Shown piece by piece: positions 55,276 through 64,000 of a stretch of DNA of 64,000 nucleotides. The stretch is from NCBI GenBank assembly GCA_001643675.2, contig LSRY02000035.1:62001-126000 (forward strand). Reading direction: 5' to 3'. Within the stretch, counting starts at the first letter, position 1, and each line of letters begins with the position of its first letter. The position numbers and the translations under genes are program-made. The notes under the pieces were generated by a model that saw only the letters and a program-made list of their open reading frames with translations, was not told where the DNA came from and ran no database searches. This DNA is from Monocercomonoides exilis PA203. Lineage: Eukaryota; Protista; Preaxostyla.

Positions 55276-57000
55276 TTATCGTTTGATTAGGCTGAGTCGC
55301 GGGAAAAGATTGCAGTGATGGAAGATTTGGGGAAGGCGCTTGTGTCGTGAAAGGTTCGGCTGTTGTATTCGCGTGAGTGAGTGGTTGAAGTGGAGGAAGA
55401 CCAAACAAATGGTAGTTGTTTGCTGAGTGGCACAGAAGGGAATGCCCTCTATCTGTTTTGTTATGCGGCTCTTCTTAACAACTGTGTTTTCATCTTGTTG
55501 GGAGCTATCTTCCTCTGGGGCAAGGAGCACGCAGGCCATCCGGTTTGCCAGGTTCGCTTTGTAGTATGATCTGGACGGAGTGTGAGCAGTTGTTGATAGG
55601 CGTGCGTGCTTGGCGATACACACCTCCGGGATACCACTTGATGCCAGTTTGGATATCGATGCGTGCATTATTGTGTATGGTCTGTATTCCTCAGGAACTC
55701 CTGCTTTCCGCAGACCCAATCTTGCAAGCGTTCTTATCCCCTTTGCGGTTAACAGTGTATGGTGCGTTGTATTGAGAAGGAACTTATCTCTATTTTCATA
55801 CGTTGCTTTGACTCTCTCCCAAAGGGTGTGAATAGCTCTTGCCGGACATATTCGTTTGTGAACATCCTCTAGGCATGGAACAGTAATGTATTCCCTGGAT
55901 CTGGAAGTCTTAAGTCTTGTGGATAGATAAATCGCATCATTTTCGAATATTGAGTTAGCCATTGATATCTGCTCAAGCTCATGGAATCGACATGAAGTGA
56001 ACAGCATAACCAGCAAAATGCACTTCACCGTCAGGTTAAAAAAAGAAAGATACTCGTTCAGCCCGTAGTTCTCGTAATATGACAGCACGATGTCTGGGCT
56101 CCACATCTTTGTGTACGACTTTCTATGGGTTTGGGAAAATGAAAACGATCTGAATATTGTTCTTATTAAACTTTCCTTACTCAAGTCCTTACCATATACC
56201 GTCTTGGAAAAGAGTGAAATCGCTGACCTTGTGGCACACAGGCATGAATATTTACCACCTTTGTCTCTCATGGATAGAAGACAATTTGCGCAATCCATTG
56301 ACCATTCATCGAAATATTTCGGGAACGGCCCCAGTTTCAACTCTTCCCATTCTCTGCTGAAGTGTGCAAAGCCAAAGGTGTATGTAGTCCATGTGGACTT
56401 TGCTATGCTCTCCTTCGTCACGGAAATGATCCTATCTGGGACTCCGCAGATCCTGAGGCTTCTCCACCACCATTCTTCTCCAACTTCTCTTACCAATTGA
56501 TTGTTACTGCCATGTATCCCCCGGGAGGCAGTGCTGCACCCGTTCTCCTCAGGCCTGCTCCCGGGATTAAAACCGCTTTCGAATTCCTCCAAACGTAATA
56601 TTGAGACATCATCTCTTCCAGTAAGTTGCTCCATATCTGATTCCTCCATGATGGAAGAAGAATGATTGCTCTCGCTCTCTCTGCTTTTACTTTCTTGAGA
56701 CTCGGAAGAATCAACGGAATCGGAGGGTGAATGAGCATTGTGTTCCTTGTCCAATCTGCGGTGAGACCATCTTGAGCGAACGGACTTCCTGGACCATACC
56801 ATATCTCCTTCCTCTTGTTTCCTTCGTTTGCGAAACCGTCTCTCTCTGCTATCACTCCGAGAGCCATCTCCGCTTCCTTCAGACATTGACTCCTTATCAT
56901 ATAATCTCCTGCGACCTCTAACCTGGACAATGCGTCTGCGGTTGTGTTTTTCTCCCCTGGAATGTGGATTGCTGTCATCGTCAATTTCATCGACTGACAT
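55276..57000 (-). CDS. DIRS tyrosine recombinase
   Basis: RSAIS, W(S)PDIVL, LTVKCILLVMLFTSCRFHEL, KTS, ICPARAI, YTIMHAS (HxxR position altered) and SYY. Overlaps the pol frame. Confidence 0.88.
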   Translation of the reverse strand: MSVDEIDDDSNPHSRGEKHNRRRIVQVRGRRRLYDKESMSEGSGDGSRSDSRERRFRKRRKQEEGDMVWSRKSVRSRWSHRRLDKEHNAHSPSDSVDSSESQESKSRESESNHSSSIMEESDMEQLTGRDDVSILRLEEFESGFNPGSRPEENGCSTASRGIHGSNNQLVREVGEEWWWRSLRICGVPDRIISVTKESIAKSTWTTYTFGFAHFSREWEELKLGPFPKYFDEWSMDCANCLLSMRDKGGKYSCLCATRSAISLFSKTVYGKDLSKESLIRTIFRSFSFSQTHRKSYTKMWSPDIVLSYYENYGLNEYLSFFNLTVKCILLVMLFTSCRFHELEQISMANSIFENDAIYLSTRLKTSRSREYITVPCLEDVHKRICPARAIHTLWERVKATYENRDKFLLNTTHHTLLTAKGIRTLARLGLRKAGVPEEYRPYTIMHASISKLASSGIPEVCIAKHARLSTTAHTPSRSYYKANLANRMACVLLAPEEDSSQQDENTVVKKSRITKQIEGIPFCATQQTTTICLVFLHFNHSLTRIQQPNLSRHKRLPQIFHHCNLFPRLSLIKR

Positions 57001-57449
57001 GTAGCCCTGATCTTTCTCAATAAAGGCAGGAGGTTGGGTCCCGCACCATACCTGTTGATGTTGAATACCACACTGGTATTGTCAGAGCGGAGAAGGATCT
57101 TGTACACATGGTTGCGAGTGATTTGTGATGAATAATTGTTGAGAGCCAATAAAACTGCAAGGAGCTCCTTGAAATTGGATGTTTGGATTTTTGTGTTGTT
57201 GCTGAACTGTTTGTGAAAATGAAATCTCTCTCCTCCAACTGCCAAGGTTGCTCCGCAAGCCCAAGGGGAAGCATCTGTCGTTAATATGGCGTCGGGTTTC
57301 GAGAAATCCACCAGTTCTCTGCTGTAATTCTCCTTGAGCCTTTGAATCCAGAAGTCCAATTGTCTTTTTATGCTGCTGTTCAAGAACACCGCTCCTTCCC
57401 AACCATCTTTCTTGACCTCCTTATTCAGAAATTGGTACATTTTGTTCAT
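56490..57449 (-). CDS. DIRS RNase H plus adenine-methyltransferase-like domain
   Basis: LTTDASPWACGA, SNFKELLAV, RSDNTSVV and HIPGEKNTTADALSR, then DGFA...DGLTADW...HPPIPLI...LPSWRNQIW. Confidence 0.9.
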   Translation of the reverse strand: MNKMYQFLNKEVKKDGWEGAVFLNSSIKRQLDFWIQRLKENYSRELVDFSKPDAILTTDASPWACGATLAVGGERFHFHKQFSNNTKIQTSNFKELLAVLLALNNYSSQITRNHVYKILLRSDNTSVVFNINRYGAGPNLLPLLRKIRATCQSMKLTMTAIHIPGEKNTTADALSRLEVAGDYMIRSQCLKEAEMALGVIAERDGFANEGNKRKEIWYGPGSPFAQDGLTADWTRNTMLIHPPIPLILPSLKKVKAERARAIILLPSWRNQIWSNLLEEMMSQYYVWRNSKAVLIPGAGLRRTGAALPPGGYMAVTINW

Positions 57450-58402
57450 GTATAAAGAGGCGCTTTGTACACGAACCGTGCGGCGCTGAGCTGACCTATG
57501 AATGAAGCGAAGTCTCTAATCTTTGCAAAGCTGTTCTTCCTCACCCTCTTCATCCATTTGATACACTCTTTCCTCAGTTCCCTGCGTCTCTGTTGTTCCA
57601 TTGAGACAACCATCCGACTCGTATTCCACGTCCATCCGAGATAGTTGAAGTTCTTCTTGGGGAAGAACTTGCTCTTCTCCCTGTTGATGATTAAGCCCAA
57701 CTGTTGAAACCAATCGACAATTTCTTGAGTTGCAGTCTTCAGCTTGACTTGATCTGGATCCAGCAATAGGACATCGTCCAAGAAGGAAATGCACCTCACC
57801 TTACATCTTCTTCGGATTTCTTGCGAAACTTTTCTCATGACTTTCGTGAATATTCGCGGTGCGTCTTTGAATCCGAAGGGCATGCCTTTGAACCCGTAGT
57901 ATCTTTCTTCGAACTTGAAGGCTAGGAATGGTGTGAAGTCCTTGTGAATTGGAATCAGGAAATAAGCCTGAGAAAGATCCAGTGAGGTTGCGAAATCTCC
58001 CTTTTGGATCAGTCTCTCCACAATGCGATGATCTTCCATTTTGAAGTGAATAACTTTCAGTGCGGCATTGAGTGGACGGAAATCGAGGATTTGACGGAAC
58101 TTCCCTGTCTTCTTCTTTATGAAAAATATGTTGTTCAAGCAACAGACCTCTCCTTCTTGTAACTGAGTTACGATATCTGTCCTGAGTCCTTCTTGAATTT
58201 ATTCTGAACAAGCCTTTTTCTCCTCTCTGCCACCCAGGAAGCCTCTGCCTTTCTCCTTTTCCTGTTTCAACTTGTCCCTTGCAGCTCTCCCCTTCCAAAT
58301 CGGTCTTATCTCATCTTTAATCCGATTGGTCACTCCGATCTTCTTCCATTCCTCGGCAAAGGCTTGGGTGCGGCCCCCTGCTTTCTCAGAAAAAATTACC
58401 AC
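57446..58402 (-). pseudogene. DIRS reverse transcriptase (interrupted)
   Basis: FFIKKKTGKFRQILDFRPLN, HFKME, LDLSQAYF, MPFG...APRIFTK, FLDD, INREKS and YLG. Stop at ~58199 and a frameshift before RNase H. Confidence 0.92.
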
Positions 58403-58454
58403 TTGAGGCTGAACGTGTTGACCTTCCAGTTCCCGAGCTAGTTGAACTCGTTCT

Positions 58455-59213
58455 TCATGTCCCAGTTCTCTTTATTCTTTGTGAAAAGAACGAAGCAGTG
58501 TTCACTTGCCTCCGTTCTGTTCTTGCTTGCGAAACGGGCTGAATCCTCTCCAGCTGCCCTGTGGTCAATAACGGATCATCCTTTTCTTCCTGAAGTGTTT
58601 TGGCGGCCTTGAAGCCGAATTTGGCTTGGATGCGCATGTGGCGTGCCGCTTGGAGAGCTGCGACTGTAAGCATCATTGCATCTCCCTGGTGTTGTTGTGC
58701 TTCTTCTGTTGTCCCTCATGTTGCCATTAACATCGCTTTCAAAGCGGGCATTAATAAAGATCCCGCTTTATACGCTCCTTCGTCTAAAGCATCGGAAAAC
58801 CAACTTTGCGATCGCGAATGTGGATAGGTCGTAGCAGGCAGGAACGTGGGGACCGATAAGGATTCGTAATCTCGTAATGTCTGGAGTGGATCTCATTGAT
58901 CGACATGATAAGCAAATATTGGACTCTGCAAGTTTTCTCCAAAGAGTAATTTAGCTGCTTCTAATAGAGGTTGTGTTGGGGAGTGAGGCGAGCCAACTGA
59001 ACTAGTTGATGTTGAGGTTGTCGAGGTTGTTAAGGACATAGCTGACAGAGCTGGGAATTGTGATCCTGGGGACTCTGTAGTTGGGATGGAGATGGGAGGC
59101 GCCATTCCCATACCGCCTGTAGTTCCGCTTTGCGGGAATATCCCGCTCAGTCCCGAGGCAGGTCCTTCCAACAAAGTTGTCATCTTTCGAATTTTGTGAT
59201 CGGCTGAGCCCAT
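58455..59213 (-). pseudogene. DIRS gag-like ORF1 (interrupted)
   Basis: Position 5' of RT with the ATG inside the ITR. Broken by stops and frameshifts. Confidence 0.6.
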
Positions 59214-59767
59214 TATGCAGAGCTCACTCCCTTTATAAAGAAGTGTTGTAGATAACGGTTTTTCTCAAGAATTAAGGTACTCTGTACTTTAATTAATAAC
59301 TTAAAATAGCAAACATATTTATGGAATAATGAAATAAATTGATTTCATCGATTTTTGAAAATTCAGGGATTGCACCCTTTTGCAGGAGGATATCTTTCGC
59401 TATTATTTTTTCATGATGATTCTTGGAAATTGAAATTTATTTATTTATTTATTTTTTTGACTAATTCATTTCACGATCGAGAATGATAATAAAAGGAAAA
59501 AACCTTCGTTTTTTAGAGCTTGATTCATTCCAGTTTGATCAAAATTTATTTTCACTAAGAACGAAAACAGAAAAGCTGCAAAATAATTTTTGAGAGTGAG
59601 GGGATAAAAAACGATAAAAAAAAAAATAAAATCCACCATTATTTTCGATAAGTTTTGACCATAATTATATGATTTCTCATTGAATACAATCAAAAATGTT
59701 CAATAATACAAACAAATTAACATTCATTTGGGGTAAAATATGGACTTTCAAGCTTTTTATGCACAAA

Positions 59768-60028
59768 GCTGGATGATTATTTTTGAAATCATCTTTTTTT
59801 GAACAAAAAATACGATTTGATAATATCATTTTGAATATTGATAAATCGACACAGAAAAGTGACAAATCCTATAAAGACAATCTTTGTACTCCATTTTCAT
59901 CAAATATTGGCTTTTGACACAATTGAAATGATTTTTTCATTTCAAAGATTAATTGATTCTCCTTGATAATAAATTATCAAAATAATCTGCATCCCGAAAA
60001 AAGTTATGATTTCAAAAATAATTACCCA
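59768..60028. mobile_element. MITE-like family B copy
   Basis: GCTGGATGATTATTTTTGAAATCAT...ATGATTTCAAAAATAATTACCCAGC. Confidence 0.7.
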
Positions 60029-60884
60029 GCTTGAAAAAATTGTTTCACTAATAACATTTTTAAACTTTATCAGATTTCAAAAAAATTTTTAATTTTCTTA
60101 TCTGTTAACAGGCATCGTAGAAAACAAAAAATAAAGTTTTCCAATATTTCACGAATGTCAAAAAAATGACCCATTTTTATTGTGCTTTTTGATATTAAAA
60201 AGTTAATCGAAACTGCATAATTTTTCAATGAAAATGCCTGAAGTGAAATATTTTGCACCGTATTTCATTCAAAATATATTTTTGAAAAAATCCATAATAA
60301 ATTTTCAAATATCTCAAAAAGTTAAAAAAAAAACAATCTTCAATAACTCTTCACATCAAATTTTCATAAAAATTCACTCTGGTGGAAACATGAAAAGGTG
60401 TTTAATAATTTTTTAAAAGAAATAAAGAATTAAAAAGGAAAATAAAATAAAATAAAATAAAATAAACTGACGGGAAGACAAAAATTTCTACATGTCACAC
60501 AGGTTTATAGCAAAATTTATTTTTTTTCCTATTATTTTCATTTCATTTCATTTCATTTGATATTATTTTTTTTTGATTTGAAATCAAATAACTTTGAAAA
60601 GACGATTGGAAATGTCGTGCGAAAAAGATAAAAAATAATTAAGAATTATCTTCGTACACTGTTTTCTCAATGTTTGTTTATCTTCTTTGATCTCCTCATA
60701 TGATTATCATTATATTTCAATTCGTTTCCTTCTTTTGTTTGTGAAATGATAATTCATTTCAGTTTAACACAACACTTTTGAAAGTTATATGAATATCTCA
60801 ATATGTTGCAAATACTATTACGAAGATTTCAGAATTATTTTTGAAAACTATTTCGTGATTGCAATCCAATAATTTCTGATGTGT

Positions 60885-61143
60885 GCAATTATTTTTGAAA
60901 TCATGGTTTTTTTCGAGGTGATGATTATAATGAAAATTCATTGTCAGAGAAAAGGTATTTGTCAGTGAAATGAAAAATTAATTTCAATTGTTTCAAATGT
61001 CAAAATTTAGTTATGAATAACGATTGTGATGGTTTCAAAAAGGAGTTGTCACTTTTCTGTGTTCATAAACTTAAATTCAAAATAATTTTATCAATCTGTA
61101 TTATTTGATCGAAAATATAAGATTTCAAAAATAATCACCCATA
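60885..61143. mobile_element. MITE-like family B copy
   Basis: ATTATTTTTGAAATC...GATTTCAAAAATAATCACCCATA; interior similar to the reverse complement of 59768-60028. Confidence 0.65.
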
Positions 61144-61971
61144 AAGCAAAGAAAAAGTTAAAAATAAAGTGAAATTGAAGAAGTGCACACACTTTTAAAT
61201 TCAAAATCGAAAATTATTCATCCAAATATTGGTCCCAGTCCATCTTCAGTTTGTCTTTCTACCCACAAATTTTTTTTTTTACTTTTCTTTGAAGAATTTC
61301 ATAACCACTTTTCGCAACCTCCAGTTGAAAGAGGTTAATAAACATAAGAATTTTCATAAAAACAAGCAAAAGAATTTGCGTCATCATCATACAGATGAAT
61401 GTCTTCTGCTTTGACATTTTTTTTTTGATCAGTAAAGAAAAAATCATTCAATAAAATTTTCAGAAAATATGACTTCTTTGTTTTCAAATGATGAAAATGA
61501 ATTCGATTGAAGTTTTTATTGGAAGATGTTAAAAAGAACAAGTTTGGGGAAGCATCGTCAAATTAGATGAATGAAAAATGTGATGAACAAAGTTGTAAAT
61601 GAGATTTGGTATTTGATTCTTCGTTGCGTTTGCAAATATAAAACGCTCTTCTGTATTAATGATCATAGGAAAAACTATATATTATTCGCTGTTTTTTAGG
61701 AGTTCATGAAAAATAATCACAAAATAACTTCCTTTAATTGATTTAATGATCAATATAAACAAATATTTGACCAAAGAATTCAAATTTATTTGTTTAATCG
61801 ACTAATAGTGACTCTGACTTGACCTGACGGTCTTGACCGGTACTGATGGATCTCAAATTCCAACTTTGCCTTCACGTTTGTTTCCCATAAAAATAAAAAA
61901 AATTTGTTTTTTTCAAAAAAAAAAAAAGAAAAGAAGTTAAAACTTTCTTTCAAAAAATTTAACGAAAATGA

Positions 61972-62026
<55 letters not shown>

Positions 62027-62538
62027 CAAAATTGATTCAAAAAATTCGAAAATTGAATGCTGACGAGAATATTTCTGCTAGGAATGTCAGAAGTGAAAAA
62101 TTTTGCGTCAGTGGTCATAACGTCACACATGTAAATTTTGCTATTTTTTTATTACTGAATTAAAAAAAAGAAAAAGAAACAGAAAATTATGATTTTATAT
62201 AGGTCATTACTCACGAAACTTTACTGAAATGGAAGTTTATTCTTTATCATGTAATTATGAAATTAAAATAAAGTTAGGTGATTGGAAACAAAAATTCGAT
62301 TAAAATATTAATTTTTAAAATAATATGATTAAAGTGATTTATGAAGAAAATTTTCACAAAAGTGTTATAATCAATAAATCGTTTCAACTCAATAAAAACT
62401 TTTGTTTCGAAAATTTTGCTCTTTGTATATTCGACTAACACTGAAATATGATAATTCCTTTTTTTTTTAAATATTTCATCACGAACTCATCTCAATCATT
62501 GGCTTTTGAATCAAACGTGATGATTTGAACATTTTGGT

Positions 62539-62575
<37 letters not shown>

Positions 62576-62820
62576 TTATTTATTTATTTATTTAAAAGTT
62601 CTTTTTGTTTTATTTGCATAATGTCTTGGGTCATTTATTAATATGGGTTATTAATTTTGAAATAATAACCTTATTAGGAATGTTGACTATTCAAAGGTTT
62701 TATTTCTTTGGAAATGAATAATTCATAAAAAAGAAAAATGAATTATTATTTCCAAAATTGATAATGTTCAATTAATATCAATGAAAAAAGAACTTCGAAA
62801 AGGAGTTATTTCTTTTCAGA

Positions 62821-63068
62821 ATATGTCAAAATTTTTTTGAAAAGTTCCTTTTGTTTAATTTTCTTATAGAATGAAAATTTCATATTTCGATCAAATTTCC
62901 GTTCCCAATCATGAAACTTCACTAAAAATAAAATTATTACATCGTCAAGTTATTGTCTTAATGACAGCAAAATTTGGTGAGTTGGAACAGAAATTTGATC
63001 GAAATATAAAATTTTTTCTTTATTTGAAAATTAAACAAAAGGAACTTTTCAAAAAAATTTTGACATAT
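62821..63068. mobile_element. MITE-like family A copy (best preserved)
   Basis: Perfect ~43-bp TIR ATATGTCAAAATTTTTTTGAAAAGTTCCTTTTGTTTAATTTTC, extending imperfectly to ~85 bp. Confidence 0.85.
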
Positions 63069-63769
63069 ATATATATATAGTGAGTTCTCAAACAAATATT
63101 TTTGTGAGAGAAATGCTTAATACAATATTTACCCACATTTTTAAAATATCAGTTAAACATCTGCGTCACATGCCTTCTGACGTGAACATTTTAGGAGTGA
63201 CGTGACGTGAATGAAAAAATTTTATTTTCTTATAAAAAAAATTTGAAAAAATAAAAAACAAGACATGCAAAGAAAAATTGAATTTTTTGTAATTCATCTT
63301 TCATTATTGAGAAGGCTTTTAAAATTTTTTTCATTTTATAAAATGTTCATTTCAATTTTTATATGAACAATGGGTTATGTCGTGATCAATTTTTTATGGT
63401 ATAAATACCAAGGCATTCGCGTCACTGCCTGTCACTGACGTAATTCCAGTCACTAAGGCATTTAGCAAAATTTCTTTATTTGTTATTCATGGATGCCTCA
63501 CAAATATTTTTTTCTTCCTTAAAAAACCCAGAAATAGTTTGTTGACAGTTTATATTTTTATTTTTATTTTTTTGTATTTTCAATAACACTTTTTTATTCT
63601 TCTTGATCAAAAAAGTTCGAGATGTATAAAGAAACCGAGAAAATGTTCAAATCACACAGATGCGAGTTGATAAAACTGAAAAAAATAGAATCCAATGAGT
63701 ACACAAACTGTTTGAATTTTTAGATTTTTCTTGAAATAAATTTGGAACTGATATTTAATTTTTTCATAG

Positions 63770-63947
63770 GTTATTATCATCCAATTCAGGAGGAATTAAT
63801 CATTTCAAAACCTTCTCTTGATATTGTTAATCACAAAATATTTATTGCATTCACTCCTTTGTATAAAGACAGGATTGCAAAAAAGGATATGCACAGACTT
63901 TACATGTGTCCGTGTGAAAAAGATGGAGTTGCCTGCGGAGTAACGGG
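63770..63947 (+). CDS. Probable internal exon of a gene running off the window
   Basis: Open frame YYHPIQEELIISK...CPCEKDGVACGVT between a ..CATAG acceptor and a GT donor, preceded by a GTTTG intron. Confidence 0.3.
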
Positions 63948-64000
63948 TCGGAAGGATTACTCTTTGATTTTTAATCATAAATGTGATTTGATGACAAATA

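Larger units (their letters stand above)
54475..59294 (-). mobile_element. Full-length, degenerate DIRS1-type tyrosine-recombinase retrotransposon
   Basis: ITRs at 54475-54555 and 59192-59294, internal complementary region at 55032-55131, and gag-like, RT, RNase H, MTase-like and YR frames. Both termini are AATT. Confidence 0.95.

Overview
AT-rich eukaryotic genomic DNA with many short GT-AG introns and poly-Ser/Glu tracts. The style suggests an anaerobic protist such as a Monocercomonoides-like oxymonad; this is an inference. Three zones are visible. (1) 1-25 kb is rearranged and rich in pseudogenes. It holds two decayed paralogous elements encoding a ubiquitin-specific protease (USP/C19) domain, one of them apparently embedded in a Sola-like DDE transposase frame. 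It also has a 2.8-kb-arm inverted duplication (2064-4916 / 10587-13417), a probable fossil non-LTR RT, an intronless coiled-coil GTPase, a ~380-bp-arm hairpin, and frameshifted TEX10/Ipi1 and NUDT1 homologs. (2) 25-53 kb is a block of apparently intact genes: a large hypothetical protein, an iron-sulfur flavoprotein, a membrane-anchored S41 peptidase, a Kazal-like protein, MRG15/Eaf3, a secreted bacterial/phage-type NlpC/P60 hydrolase, LRRC40, an RCC1-repeat protein and cathepsin B. (3) 53-64 kb holds a full-length but degenerate DIRS1-type tyrosine-recombinase retrotransposon (ITRs, ICR, AATT termini) among two families of ~250-bp MITE-like hairpins. All calls come from motif reading only; no searches were run.
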